Shown here one piece after another: positions 1-10,082 of a stretch of 64,000 nucleotides of DNA (the first letter of the stretch is position 1; each line of letters begins with the position of its first letter). Under the pieces are notes generated by a model that saw nothing but the letters and a program-made list of their open reading frames with translations, had not been told where the DNA came from and did not search any database. The stretch covers positions 244,585-308,584 of the forward strand of contig CAZQGQ010000001.1 in assembly GCA_964593365.1 (NCBI GenBank), written 5' to 3'. The stretch is from an uncultured Candidatus Saccharibacteria bacterium (GTDB taxonomy: Bacteria > Patescibacteriota > Minisyncoccia > Phycocordibacterales > Phycocordibacteraceae). A program made the position numbers and the translations under genes.

Positions 1-431
1 GTCCCAAAACTCGTCATCTTATTGCAGCCCTGATTGCGCTCTTAACGATAGTCGCATTCCTTACCTATATGGTAGACGCACCGGCAACAGAAACGCCGAC
101 AGAGCAAACGTTCTCGTTTGAGGTAGCGGATACGACTGCTGAGCGTGAGCAAGGACTTTCCGGAAGGGAGAGCGTCCCGCAAGACGGCATGCTGTTTATA
201 TTCCCAGAGAAAGGGAACTACGGCTTTTGGATGAAAGACATGCTCATTCCAATCGATATGATCTGGATTGCAGATGACGGGACCGTCGTTGACGTTGATC
301 GGAACGTTCTCCCGGAAACGTATCCGAAAGCATTCCATCCGTCAGAGCCTGTCCGCTATGTGCTTGAAACAGAAGCAGGAGACGCGGATCGCCGGGGGTG
401 GATTGAAGGCGCACAGGTTCCTCTCCCTTAG
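1..431 (+). CDS. DUF192 family protein (5' partial; frame open from the window edge through a hydrophobic anchor)
   Basis: EVADT..RE.GLSGR, GMLFIF, FWMKDM.IPIDMIW and YVLE motifs typical of DUF192; upstream in-frame PKTRHLIAALIALLTIVAF. Confidence 0.88.
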   Translation, partial: PKTRHLIAALIALLTIVAFLTYMVDAPATETPTEQTFSFEVADTTAEREQGLSGRESVPQDGMLFIFPEKGNYGFWMKDMLIPIDMIWIADDGTVVDVDRNVLPETYPKAFHPSEPVRYVLETEAGDADRRGWIEGAQVPLP

Positions 432-437
432 GTTTCG

Positions 438-446
438 TGGTATAAT
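438..446 (+). promoter_or_regulatory. Extended -10 promoter of rnpB
   Basis: TGGTATAAT 7 nt upstream of the RNase P RNA P1 helix. Confidence 0.7.
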
Positions 447-453
447 TGGTCTC

Positions 454-779
454 GGACCGGTTCATACGGTCGCTGTCTAGCTTGCTAGACAGAGGAAAGT
501 CCGAACACAGGCAAGCGAAAGTTTGCAGACAGGTAGCGGGTAACGCCCGTCCGCCGCAAGGCGCGAGGTGCGAGCAGAGACGTCAAAGGCGAAAGCCGGA
601 GACATCCTTATGGGATGAGTTTCGTCGAAAGGCGAAAGTGAAACGGCAAAATCCTTACCCCTGTGCAAGGCCGTGCCCTTCGGGGAGCGCCGCTTGAGGG
701 CGTTGGCAACAACGCTCCCAGATAGATGGCCGTACGAAGCTTCATGCTTCTGACAGAATTCGGCTTACCGAACCGGTTC
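454..779 (+). ncRNA. rnpB: RNase P RNA
   Basis: GAGGAAAGTCC near the 5' end, ACAGAATTCGGCTTA near the 3' end, terminal P1 pairing GGACCGGTTC/GAACCGGTTC, many GNRA-capped hairpins. Confidence 0.95.
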
Positions 780-788
780 GCAAATCAT

Positions 789-818
789 CACAAGACCCGC
801 CGTAAGGTGGGTCTTGTG
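789..818 (+). terminator. Hairpin terminator after rnpB
   Basis: CACAAGACCCGCC-GTAA-GGTGGGTCTTGTG stem-loop. Confidence 0.7.
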
Positions 819-902
819 CGTCTTATCCCCGAGACAAGAGGTCGGTCCGCCGGTTCCTGTTATACTTTCTAGTATTACAAAACCTAGTAGTTACTTACGT
901 GT

Positions 903-3314
903 ATGAGCGAACAGACATCAGCTGCCAAGGGACGTTTCTCATTTGATAGCGGGGCGGTCTGGATCATCTCGCTGACCGCTCTTCTGTCGCTCGTAGCCTA
1001 TATCCCTGGAAACTCTGTTTCCTTGTTTGGGACTAAGGTTACCGTGCTTTTTGTCGGCGTCTTCCTTGCTCTCATCGCGTTTGTCATTGCGCGCCTTATT
1101 AAAGGAAGCATCGTCATCCCGCCGCTCGCGCTTCTTGGTGCGCTGTGGTTCGTGCCGATCGCTTACCTTCTTTCAACGCTGTTTTCAGGAGCAAACCCGC
1201 TCCATGCGCTCTTTGGAACTGAATTTGAAACAGATACGTTTGGATTTACGCTTTTGCTTGCGCTCCTTGCAACGCTAAGCGCGCTTATTTTCCGCAAATC
1301 GCACGAGTACCTGCGCCTCTTCTGGCTTATTGGCATCGGACTCGCTATTGCTGTTGTCGCACAGATCGCATTCATCGTCGTCGGACGAACGGTTCCTGGA
1401 CTCGTGTCTCCAGCAGACAATCTTGTCGGAAGCTTCTCTGATGTCGGGATGCTTGCCGGACTCGCGGTTGTCTTGTCTTTGATGGCGCTTCGGTTCTTCA
1501 CTCATACCCGCAATGCGCAGATCGGGTTCTGGGCGCTCATTGTCGTCTCGTTCTTCCTGCTTGCGCTTGTTAACTCCGCGCTCAACTTCATCCTGGTCGG
1601 ACTGATGGCGCTCGGGCTCTTTATCGAAGGGATGATGCGTCGCCGCACAACGGCAGACGATGCTGACCTTGAGGGAGTATCGCAGTTTGCAGCTGAGACT
1701 GAAGACGCTCCTACGCCAGCAAGCTCTCGCTTCATCGCAGCGCCGCTCGTCGTATTGCTCGTCAGCATCTTCTTGCTCCTTGGCGGGGCAGTGATAGGGA
1801 ATCTCCTTGCAACGGTGTCGGGCGTCAACGTGATTGACGTGCGTCCGTCCTGGAGCTCTACCTTTGATATCGGAAGCCACGTCTACGCATCCTCTCCGTT
1901 GTTTGGATCAGGACCAGGAACTTTCAGCGAGCAGTGGCTCCAGTTCCGCGACCGCTCCCTTAACGACACCATCTTCTGGAACGTCGACTTCGGTTCGGGC
2001 ATCGGCCACATCCCAACGTCCTTCGTCACCACCGGTGCGATCGGCGTGCTTGCCTGGCTTGCCTTCCTTGGCCTCTTCTTCTTCATCGGGCTTCGCACTT
2101 TCCTCTTCCGGCTTCCGGTAGATCCGTTTGTCCGGTTCGCCTCTCTCGTCTCGTTCGGAGGCGCAGCCTTCGTTCTCGCGCTTGCCTTCTTCGCAACGCC
2201 AGGACCGGTGGTGCTCGCGCTCGGGTTCATATTGCTCGGCGTATTCGTCTCAACGCTTCGCTACAGCAAGGACCGCCCTGAGTGGGGAATCGTCTTCTCG
2301 CGCAGCCCGCGTCTCGGTTTTGTGATCGTATTCTTGATGACGCTTCTCATGCTCGCGTCAGTCGGAGCTGGATTCCTCGTTATCGAGCGCTACGTTGCAA
2401 ACGCAGCATACGGCTCTTCCTTCCGCTCGCTTTCAGCAGGGAACATTGATGCGGCCGCCGAGCACATTAGCCGCTCCATCACCTACGCTCCAACAGACCG
2501 CGCGTATCGGCTTGCGGCGACCGTTGGCATCGCGCGCATGCGCGCCATTGCGGGCGACCAGACTCTGCCTGCAAGCGTTGCTCAGCAGCAGTTCCAAGGA
2601 GCGCTCTCCGCTTCAATTGGAGCGGGGCTTGAAGCAACTCGCGTCCAACCAAACGACTACCAGAACTGGGTGGTGCTCGGTAACGTCTACCAGAGCGCAG
2701 CGTCTCTTAAGATCGTCGGAGCCTACGCAGAAGCCAAGGCCGCATATGACCGCGCGCTTACCTTGAATCCTTCAAGTCCGGTGATTCCGTACGTGCTTGC
2801 ACAGCTTGAGATCCTTGAAAGCAACACCGTTGCTGCAGAGGAATATCTCTTGGCTTCCGTAAGCTTGAAGCGCGACTACATCCCTGCCATCCTCCTGCTT
2901 TCCCAGTTGAAGGTGCAGACCGGAGAAGCTCGCGAAGCGCTTGAAGCTGCAGAAGCTGCAGCGTATCTGGCACCAAACGATCCATCCGTATTGCTTTCGG
3001 TCGGACTCCTTCGCCTTGGCATCGGAGACCGAGACGGAGCAATCGCGGCGCTTTCGCGCGCGATCGAACTCAATCCGCAGTACGCGAACGCTCGATTCTT
3101 CCTCGCTGCTATCTACGGAAATATGGGACGCACGGCAGAATCTCTTGCCGAGCTTCGCACTATCGCTGCCATGTCTCCGGAAAACGCGCAGGCGCTCACC
3201 GCTGACATTGAGGCGCTTGAGAAAGGCACCAACCCATTCCCACTCGCACGCCTCCGCTCACTTGGCATCCCACAGCCGCCAGTCGTCGAGCCAAACGCCC
3301 AGACGGCGCAATAA
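903..3314 (+). CDS. Polytopic membrane protein, O-antigen ligase/Wzy-like core with C-terminal TPR repeats
   Basis: Many hydrophobic segments, PLFGSGPGTF loop, TTGAIG; TPR-like C-terminus (AYDRALTLNP, ALSRAIELNPQYANARFFLA). Confidence 0.78.
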   Translation: MSEQTSAAKGRFSFDSGAVWIISLTALLSLVAYIPGNSVSLFGTKVTVLFVGVFLALIAFVIARLIKGSIVIPPLALLGALWFVPIAYLLSTLFSGANPLHALFGTEFETDTFGFTLLLALLATLSALIFRKSHEYLRLFWLIGIGLAIAVVAQIAFIVVGRTVPGLVSPADNLVGSFSDVGMLAGLAVVLSLMALRFFTHTRNAQIGFWALIVVSFFLLALVNSALNFILVGLMALGLFIEGMMRRRTTADDADLEGVSQFAAETEDAPTPASSRFIAAPLVVLLVSIFLLLGGAVIGNLLATVSGVNVIDVRPSWSSTFDIGSHVYASSPLFGSGPGTFSEQWLQFRDRSLNDTIFWNVDFGSGIGHIPTSFVTTGAIGVLAWLAFLGLFFFIGLRTFLFRLPVDPFVRFASLVSFGGAAFVLALAFFATPGPVVLALGFILLGVFVSTLRYSKDRPEWGIVFSRSPRLGFVIVFLMTLLMLASVGAGFLVIERYVANAAYGSSFRSLSAGNIDAAAEHISRSITYAPTDRAYRLAATVGIARMRAIAGDQTLPASVAQQQFQGALSASIGAGLEATRVQPNDYQNWVVLGNVYQSAASLKIVGAYAEAKAAYDRALTLNPSSPVIPYVLAQLEILESNTVAAEEYLLASVSLKRDYIPAILLLSQLKVQTGEAREALEAAEAAAYLAPNDPSVLLSVGLLRLGIGDRDGAIAALSRAIELNPQYANARFFLAAIYGNMGRTAESLAELRTIAAMSPENAQALTADIEALEKGTNPFPLARLRSLGIPQPPVVEPNAQTAQ

Positions 3315-3317
3315 CCA

Positions 3318-5000
3318 ATGGTTCAGGGGATTCTTCGCACGCTTGGAGCTTCGGTACGCGGCCTTCATCAGGCCGCGTATCTCTTGGCTGCGCTCACCCT
3401 TGCTGCGCAGATTCTCGCGCTCTTGCGCGACCGAATCTTCGCCCACGCCTTTGGTGCAGGCGAGACGCTCGACCTCTATTACGCGGCGTTCCGCGTTCCT
3501 GATCTCGTGTTTGCGATTGTCGCGTCCTTGGTCTCCGCATACGTCCTGATCCCGCATATTGCAGGCGCGAACAAAGCAGAGACACGTCGGCTCCTCTCGA
3601 ACGCTGCGACCTTCCTCGTCGTGTCAGGCGGACTCGCAAGCATTGTCTTGTACGCGTATATGCCGCAGCTCCTTACATTCTTGTTCCCGAGCCTCATGCA
3701 CGGAGACCGTGCGGCGGAGTTCATCTCGCTCTCGCGCATTTTGCTGTTGCAGCCTTTGCTCCTCGGACTTTCCGGAATCCTCGCAAGCGTCACGCAGGTG
3801 AGCCGCAGGTTCATGCTTTTTGCGCTCTCCCCGGTTCTCTACAACCTAGGCATCATTATCGGCGTCGTGTTTTTCTATCCCGTGTACGGGCTTGAGGGCG
3901 TTGGCGCAGGTGTTGTCCTTGGAAGCCTCGCACATCTTGCTATCCATATTCCGGTGGTACGTGCGTTTGGCACCATGCCGCGACCGACAATCCCATCATG
4001 GAAAGAGCTCTGGCCTATCATCAAAGAGTCAGTGCCTCGCTCGCTCGCGCTTGGACTAGGCGCTGTGACGACGCTCTTGCTTGCAACCTTTGCGGCCCGA
4101 ACAGGCGAGGGAAGCCTTGCGGTATTCACGCTTGCCGGGAACCTCGAAGCAGTCCCGCTTGCGCTTGTCGGTGCCTCCTATGCAACGGCAGCGTTTCCGG
4201 TTCTTGCCGAGGAAGCAAACGGAAAGCGAAATGATGCGTTTAAAGCAACGCTGCTTGCGGCAGCGCGGCATCTCCTGTTTTGGTCGGCGGTCATCTCGGT
4301 CCTTACGATCGTGCTTCGCGCGCACATCGTCCGAACCTTGCTTGGTACGGGCGCGTTCGATTGGGACGCTACCCGCCTTACCGCAGCCCTTATTGCCGTC
4401 CTTGTCATAGGTCTTGCAGCGCAGTGTTTTACGTTGCTTGCGTCGCGCGCTTTCTACGCTTCCCAGCGCTCATGGAACCCGCTCATGATCCAGCTGATCG
4501 GCATCATCGTCTCTGTCGGGACTGCAGCCGGAGCGCTCATGCTCTCTCAGGGTAGTCCGGAGTTCCGCTACTTCGTCGAGGCTTTGCTTCGCATCGAGGA
4601 CGTTCCCGGTTCTTCCGTCGTCTTCATCGCGCTTGGCGCGACAGTCGGACAGCTCTTCATGGGCATCATCGCGCTCCTTACTCTTGGCCAAGTAGCTCCT
4701 GGCGTTGCGAAGCTTTTAGGGCGTCCACTGTTTGAGGGAGCTGGGGCGGGCATCGTGGGAGGCGCCTGCGCGTATATCGTTCTCTTTCTCATGGGAAATA
4801 TCGCTCCGTTGACCACATTGCTCGCGGTCTTCACGCAGGGCCTTGTCGCTGGTATCGTGGGTCTTGCGGCGTCAGTGGCAGTTCTCATCATGCTTGAGAA
4901 CAAGGAATTCCATGAGGTCTACGGTGCTTTGAAGCGCCTCACCTCCTCTCGTGCGCTCCCTGCCTTTGACCCTGCTCCTCATGACCGAACGGATACGTAA
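3318..5000 (+). CDS. murJ: Lipid II flippase MurJ (MviN)
   Basis: LLRDRIFAHAFGAG..LDLYYAAFRVPD N-terminal motif, ALSPVLYNLGII, multiple TM segments. Confidence 0.88.
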   Translation: MVQGILRTLGASVRGLHQAAYLLAALTLAAQILALLRDRIFAHAFGAGETLDLYYAAFRVPDLVFAIVASLVSAYVLIPHIAGANKAETRRLLSNAATFLVVSGGLASIVLYAYMPQLLTFLFPSLMHGDRAAEFISLSRILLLQPLLLGLSGILASVTQVSRRFMLFALSPVLYNLGIIIGVVFFYPVYGLEGVGAGVVLGSLAHLAIHIPVVRAFGTMPRPTIPSWKELWPIIKESVPRSLALGLGAVTTLLLATFAARTGEGSLAVFTLAGNLEAVPLALVGASYATAAFPVLAEEANGKRNDAFKATLLAAARHLLFWSAVISVLTIVLRAHIVRTLLGTGAFDWDATRLTAALIAVLVIGLAAQCFTLLASRAFYASQRSWNPLMIQLIGIIVSVGTAAGALMLSQGSPEFRYFVEALLRIEDVPGSSVVFIALGATVGQLFMGIIALLTLGQVAPGVAKLLGRPLFEGAGAGIVGGACAYIVLFLMGNIAPLTTLLAVFTQGLVAGIVGLAASVAVLIMLENKEFHEVYGALKRLTSSRALPAFDPAPHDRTDT

Positions 5001-6780
5001 CTTCAGCATCATTGCTCACATCGATCACGGCAAGTCCACACTTGCCGATCGTTTGCTTGAACGAACGGGCACCATCGAGGCGCGCAAGATGCGCGATCAG
5101 GTTCTCGACAAGATGGATCTTGAGCGCGAGCGCGGCATCACGATCAAGATGCAGCCAGCTCGCATGAACTATAAGGGCAAGGACGGTACTGACTATATTT
5201 TGAACCTGATCGATACTCCGGGCCATATCGACTTTGCGTACGAAGTGTCACGAGCTCTCTCTGCCGTTGAAGGAGTGCTCTTGCTTGTCGACTCAACCCA
5301 GGGCGTGCAGGCGCAAACCCTCACGACCCTTGGCATGGCCAAGTCCGCCGGCTGCGTCATCATCCCCGTCATTTCGAAAGTCGACTCTCCGTACGCGCGT
5401 CCTGATGAGGTGCGTGCTGAGCTCGCGAAGCTCCTGAACGTATCTGAGAGCACTGTGCTTGCGGTCTCCGGACGAACAGGAGAGGGCGTCGAAGCCTTGC
5501 TTGAGGAGATCGTCACGATAGTGCCTCCGCCTCGCCAGGCAGAAGCAGCCGAAGCGCGCGTCACCGTGTTTGATTTTTCATACTCGACCCATCGAGGCAT
5601 CGCGGTGTTCGTGCGCGTCTTTGACGGATCAGTGAAGAAGGGAGATCTGCTTGAGTTTCGTGCAGCTGGAAAGAAGTTCTCCGCTCTTGAAGTCGGGATC
5701 TTCACGCCAGACGAGACACCAGTGCAAACGCTTGGTCCCGGAGAAATCGGCTACATCGTCACAGGCGTCAAAGAGCCAGGCGTCGTCGCTGTTGGAGACA
5801 CGGTCGGCATTCAAAACGGAAAGCTCCCAGCGCTTCCAGGCTTTGCTCGCCCTCGCCCTGTGGTGTGGGCCTCCGTCTACCCTGAAGGCCAGGATGACCT
5901 TGCTGACCTTCGCATGGCGCTCGAGCGCCTTCGTCTGACCGACTCCTCACTCTCTTTTGAAGAGGAATCATCGGGAGTCTTGGGCCGCGGGTTCCGCTGC
6001 GGGTTCCTCGGCATGCTCCACTTGGAGATTATTACCGAGCGTCTGCGACGCGAGTTCACGCTCCAGCTCGTGGTTACCATCCCGACCATTGAGTACGTAG
6101 TGACCGATACGCACGGGAAGACCGAGACCGTGTACACGCCATCGAAGTTTCCTGCCTACGGAGACGTGCAATCAATCGAAGAGCCATGGTCGAACGTCAT
6201 CCTCATCACGCCCCCTGACTCTCTTTCAGGACTTCTGCAGCTCCTCCATGACCATGAGGCGATTGTCGGAGACACACATGCCTATGCGGACGGACGCATC
6301 GAGCTCTCTGCCGAGATGCCGCTTCGCGAGCTCATGCGCGGATTCTTCGACCGCGTGAAAAACGTATCGTCAGGCTACGCCTCGTTGTCCTACGAGCTCC
6401 TTCCAACGCGCCCGGCTGACGTCGTGAAGCTCGACATTCTCGTTGCCGAGGAAGAGGTGCCAGCCTTCGCGCGCATCATCTCCCGTAGGCGCGTCGTGGA
6501 AGAAGGTGAGCGCATGGTTGAGAAGTTGCATACCATCCTCCCGCGCCAGCTCCAGGTAACGAAGATCCAGGCACAGGCGCTTGGCCGCATCGTCTCCTCG
6601 AAGACCCTGTCTGCGCTTCGCAAGGACGTGACGGGCTATCTCTACGGAGGCGACGTGACGCGCAGGAAGAAATTGCTTGAGAAGCAGAAGAAAGGCAAGA
6701 AGCATCGCGCGGCGTACGGCGCTCGCGTGGATATTCCGGAAGAGGTCTTTATGAAGATGGTCCAGGATTCCGATCGCTAA
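4981..6780 (+). CDS. lepA: Elongation factor 4 (LepA)
   Basis: IRNFSIIAHIDHGKSTLADR, ERERGITIK, GFRCGFLGMLH, LYGGDVTRRKKLLEKQKKGK; start taken at ATG 4981. Confidence 0.97.
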   Translation: MTERIRNFSIIAHIDHGKSTLADRLLERTGTIEARKMRDQVLDKMDLERERGITIKMQPARMNYKGKDGTDYILNLIDTPGHIDFAYEVSRALSAVEGVLLLVDSTQGVQAQTLTTLGMAKSAGCVIIPVISKVDSPYARPDEVRAELAKLLNVSESTVLAVSGRTGEGVEALLEEIVTIVPPPRQAEAAEARVTVFDFSYSTHRGIAVFVRVFDGSVKKGDLLEFRAAGKKFSALEVGIFTPDETPVQTLGPGEIGYIVTGVKEPGVVAVGDTVGIQNGKLPALPGFARPRPVVWASVYPEGQDDLADLRMALERLRLTDSSLSFEEESSGVLGRGFRCGFLGMLHLEIITERLRREFTLQLVVTIPTIEYVVTDTHGKTETVYTPSKFPAYGDVQSIEEPWSNVILITPPDSLSGLLQLLHDHEAIVGDTHAYADGRIELSAEMPLRELMRGFFDRVKNVSSGYASLSYELLPTRPADVVKLDILVAEEEVPAFARIISRRRVVEEGERMVEKLHTILPRQLQVTKIQAQALGRIVSSKTLSALRKDVTGYLYGGDVTRRKKLLEKQKKGKKHRAAYGARVDIPEEVFMKMVQDSDR

Positions 6781-6796
6781 AGTATACTGAGGGAGT

Positions 6797-7153
6797 ATGC
6801 GAAGCAGACGCCGTCCCATTGATCCCAAACAGGCACTCGCTGCGGCAGGCCTTATCCTCCTTCTGGTCTGGCTGCTCTATCTTGTCTGGGGCATCTTAGG
6901 CAAAGAGGAGATCGCTCGAAATGCTTCTGCAGACGCTAAGCGCGAGCTTGTGGCGCTTGCGTCTCGAGAAGAGACCCTAAATCACAATCTCGCCGAGCTT
7001 TCGACCGAACGGGGCCGGGAAGCATCCTTGCGCGAGACCTACGGCGTTGCGCGGGCAGGCGAAGAAGTTATTATCGTGGTGCCACCCCAAGAAGGAGAGA
7101 AGCTTGAGAAGCTCTCCTGGTGGCGTAAGCTCATGGGCTTCTTCGGACTATGA
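6797..7153 (+). CDS. Septum formation initiator (FtsB/DivIC-like) protein
   Basis: N-terminal TM, coiled coil, E..LRE.YGVARAGEEVIIVV tail. Confidence 0.65.
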   Translation: MRSRRRPIDPKQALAAAGLILLLVWLLYLVWGILGKEEIARNASADAKRELVALASREETLNHNLAELSTERGREASLRETYGVARAGEEVIIVVPPQEGEKLEKLSWWRKLMGFFGL

Positions 7154-7156
7154 ATC

Positions 7157-7227
7157 GCGGATATAGTTTAGTGGTAGAACGGATGCTTCCCAAGCATCGG
7201 GCGGGAGTTCGATTCTCCCTATCCGCA
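7157..7227 (+). tRNA. tRNA-Gly (CCC), CCA not encoded
   Basis: Cloverleaf; anticodon arm GATGC-TTCCCAA-GCATC; T loop TTCGATT. Confidence 0.95.
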
Positions 7228-7229
7228 CT

Positions 7230-8132
7230 ATGACTCCTGAGTCTTCGATTAAGAAAATTATTGCAAGCTCAGAAGCTGAACGAGCGGAAGCAAAAGCCGC
7301 GGCAGAAGCTGCTTTCAAGAATCAAGAATTCATAGAAAGCATTGAACGAGAAAAGACAGATATCGATCGCCAGATTATTGCGATTGCAAACGAAGCAACA
7401 AACGAGGTGGTCGCACACTACGGAGGGACGCCTTGGGATATTCCTGAGCAAAATATCCATCTGGTTCCCGAAGATCGATGGAATAAATTAGGGCAGACAT
7501 CTGCAGGCTTTTACATGAGTGCAGCGCAAGCGATCGCCATGTGCTCCTATCCTCAGAAGATTGTCGCTGCTGCGATGACTTTTCACGAGATGCTCCACTT
7601 CAAGTGCTACAACATTCTCGAAACGCGAGACGGCAAGCTCACTAACTTCAAAACCGGCATTCAGACACGGACGCGCCCGGAAGGGGAACTCATATTTCGA
7701 GTCTTTAACGAAGCAACGGTCTCGCATTTAGAGCACCAGTTCGTAAAAACTCTTGAATCCATAGAGTTCTTTAAGGAGGAAGCGGAATTGACGCGAAAGC
7801 TCGTAGAGAAAAGCAAGATGCTTCAAAACATGTCTGGTCTTTACTATGCGGAAGAAAAAGCGCCGGGTGTCTATGTAACAGCGACTGACAAAGTCTATAT
7901 TCCAGAACGCGCGATACAGGACGCCCTCGTTCGCAAGCTACACGAGCGAGACCCAGCAGCCTTTCCTTCGCCGGAGGATGCGTTTGATCTCTTTGCCCGG
8001 GCGCTCTTTAAGCCTCAGTTGCTTGAACTCGGAAGAACAATCGACCAGGTATTTGGTGTTGGTACATTCAGGCACATGGCCTCTCTCGGCGATGACATGG
8101 AAGCCTTGGCTGCGTATATAGATTCTCTGTAG
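7230..8132 (+). CDS. Hypothetical protein with zincin-like HExxH motif
   Basis: FHEMLH followed downstream by FNEA; 300-aa open frame. Confidence 0.6.
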   Translation: MTPESSIKKIIASSEAERAEAKAAAEAAFKNQEFIESIEREKTDIDRQIIAIANEATNEVVAHYGGTPWDIPEQNIHLVPEDRWNKLGQTSAGFYMSAAQAIAMCSYPQKIVAAAMTFHEMLHFKCYNILETRDGKLTNFKTGIQTRTRPEGELIFRVFNEATVSHLEHQFVKTLESIEFFKEEAELTRKLVEKSKMLQNMSGLYYAEEKAPGVYVTATDKVYIPERAIQDALVRKLHERDPAAFPSPEDAFDLFARALFKPQLLELGRTIDQVFGVGTFRHMASLGDDMEALAAYIDSL

Positions 8133-8193
8133 ACATAAACGTTTGATTTAGCATTTTGCTGGTTTTTCTATGCGTTTGTGGCATAGTGCTCTC

Positions 8194-9228
8194 ATGACCA
8201 CCATCTTCTCAAAGGCCACCAGCGCCCTTCTTTTATTCGTCCTTATCGCTTCAAGTGCTCCGCTCGTAACGGAAGCCGCTTCTAAGCCAGCGATAAAGCT
8301 CACCGCACCGAGCGCCAAAAGCTCATTCGCAAAGAATGGCTCCGGCATCATCCCGATCGCTTGGGAAGCAAAGAATGTTCCAGACAAGACGCTCGTTATT
8401 GTCGAGCTAGCAAGCAAGAAACTAAAGAAAGGAGGTACCAATGGCGGAGGGTCATGGCAGTCCGTAGTTGCTGCTGGCAACAGCACCGGAAGCTACAACT
8501 GGGATATCGAAGGCGTCGGCCGACCAGACGCAGGTACGTATAAGGTCCGTGCCCTGCTTCAGGAATGCGTTTCAGGCGACTGCACGAAGAATCCATTCTT
8601 CCCTGGAGTAAAAAAGACGAAGACCTATGCCAAATCGAAGTGGGTCAACATCTCTATCACGACAAGCGGGCGAAACGAGAGCGACGAAGCGACTGAGGTC
8701 GTTGAGTCCCGAACGAACGGCCCGATCATGGTCTCGCTTACGCCAGTTGGCGGAATAGGAGATTCGCTCACCCTTAGCGCAAGCCAGAACGGCACGTTTA
8801 ATTACTATCCAAGCGGCGACGTCGTCTCCTGCACCGTTACGGGTAACTACGAGGGCGGCAAGCGAAAGGTGGAGCACGGCTGGAAGAACGCTATACAGCC
8901 GGGACAATACGGAACCGCAACGTTCAGCGCCGTTGCAGCCCACCCATTGAAGACGCTCCAATCGGTCGAGGTCGTATGCAAGAATGCCGCCTCAAAGGCA
9001 ACCGATACGGTCTCTGTCACGGTGACTGGATCTTCAGCTGAAGCTGACTATAAGATTCTCACTGGTAAGACCGGGAAAACGACCTTTAAGAAGGGAGAAG
9101 GTACCAAAGCTGACGCAGAAGCGTACTGCAAACAAGCGTACAATGACCCAAAGATCCACAAGAATACCCGCGTCCAGTGCTACTTTGACGGAGAACGGTT
9201 TGAGGACATCAAGGCCTTCAAGGGATAG
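8194..9228 (+). CDS. Secreted/surface hypothetical protein, Lys/Ser/Thr-rich with Cys pairs
   Basis: Signal-peptide-like N-terminus (ALLLFVLIASSAPLVTEA); start at 8194 follows a TGGCATAGT -10-like box. Confidence 0.65.
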   Translation: MTTIFSKATSALLLFVLIASSAPLVTEAASKPAIKLTAPSAKSSFAKNGSGIIPIAWEAKNVPDKTLVIVELASKKLKKGGTNGGGSWQSVVAAGNSTGSYNWDIEGVGRPDAGTYKVRALLQECVSGDCTKNPFFPGVKKTKTYAKSKWVNISITTSGRNESDEATEVVESRTNGPIMVSLTPVGGIGDSLTLSASQNGTFNYYPSGDVVSCTVTGNYEGGKRKVEHGWKNAIQPGQYGTATFSAVAAHPLKTLQSVEVVCKNAASKATDTVSVTVTGSSAEADYKILTGKTGKTTFKKGEGTKADAEAYCKQAYNDPKIHKNTRVQCYFDGERFEDIKAFKG

Positions 9229-9281
9229 GTTTCCGCGAAAAGGGGAAATGTTATACTAGGAAGACATAACGAAGAATAACC

Positions 9282-9536
9282 ATGGATAAATCAGTCACCA
9301 TTTACACGACCCCGACCTGCCACTTCTGCCAGATGAGCAAGGAGTTCTTCAAGGCAAACAATGTCTCGTACACCGAGCATGACGTAGCGGCAGACGCTGC
9401 TATGCGCCAGGAAATGATCGACAAGAGCGGCCAGATGGGCGTTCCGGTCATCATGATCGGCAGCGAAATGATCGTCGGCTTTGACAAGAGGAGGCTCACC
9501 GAGCTTCTCGGGCTTGGCGAAGCGCCGGTCGTCTAA
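9282..9536 (+). CDS. Glutaredoxin/NrdH-like protein
   Basis: IYTTPTCHFC, SGQMGVPV, GFD. Confidence 0.9.
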   Translation: MDKSVTIYTTPTCHFCQMSKEFFKANNVSYTEHDVAADAAMRQEMIDKSGQMGVPVIMIGSEMIVGFDKRRLTELLGLGEAPVV

Positions 9537-9548
9537 CCACAGGCACCC

Positions 9549-9584
9549 GCAACACCCCGCCGGCTCACGCTGGTGGGGTGTTGT
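9549..9584 (+). terminator. Hairpin after the glutaredoxin gene
   Basis: GCAACACCCCGCCGGC-TCAC-GCTGGTGGGGTGTTGT. Confidence 0.65.
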
Positions 9585-9600
9585 GCTAGCATCGATGCAG

Positions 9601-9675
9601 GCCCTCGTAGTTCAATGGATAGAACGTCTCACTCCTAACGAGATAATGTAGGTTCGATTCCTGCCGAGGGCACCA
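9601..9675 (+). tRNA. tRNA-Arg (CCT), CCA encoded
   Basis: Acceptor GCCCTCG/CGAGGGC, anticodon loop CTCCTAA, ACCA end. Confidence 0.93.
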
Positions 9676-9691
9676 GTGATATACTTCCCAT

Positions 9692-9964
9692 ATGGAAAGC
9701 GAACATGATGAACTGAAAGGTCTTCTTGAAGAGAACCTGCAGGTAGCAAAAGAGACCAATAAGCTCATAAAAGACATGCGCCGCGACGCTCTCATTGGCG
9801 GAGTGTTGAAGACCGTCATCTGGGTTGTCCTCCTCTTCGTTTCGTTTTACTTCTCGATGCAGTTCCTGGCGCCGTACCTCTCTATGCTCGAGGGAATCCA
9901 GGGAGAGGGCGGAATGGATTTCAACGCGCTTTTTGAGCAGTATCAGGCGCAATTCGGGCAGTAG
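9692..9964 (+). CDS. Small single-TM hypothetical protein
   Basis: Coiled N-terminus (ELKGLLEENLQVAKETNKLIKDMRR) then a TM helix; TATACT box just upstream. Confidence 0.7.
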   Translation: MESEHDELKGLLEENLQVAKETNKLIKDMRRDALIGGVLKTVIWVVLLFVSFYFSMQFLAPYLSMLEGIQGEGGMDFNALFEQYQAQFGQ

Positions 9965-10003
9965 ATGAAAGGAAAAGCCGGATATGCTAGTATTTTGCGA
10001 GTC

Positions 10004-10076
10004 GCTTGGGTAGCTCAGTTGGTAGAGCACTTCCCTGAAGAGGAAGGGGTCGCCGGTTCAAGCCCGGCCCCAAGCA
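10004..10076 (+). tRNA. tRNA-Phe (GAA), CCA not encoded
   Basis: Acceptor GCTTGGG/CCCAAGC; anticodon arm CTTCC-CTGAAGA-GGAAG. Confidence 0.94.
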
Positions 10077-10082
10077 CATTGT

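Noticed and set aside
446-697. ORFs 446-697 and 477-668
   Set aside because: They overlap the RNase P RNA.
8133-8160. AAACGTTTGATTT after the HExxH gene as a repeat remnant
   Set aside because: Short AT-rich similarity only; lacks the TCGTCCCA core.
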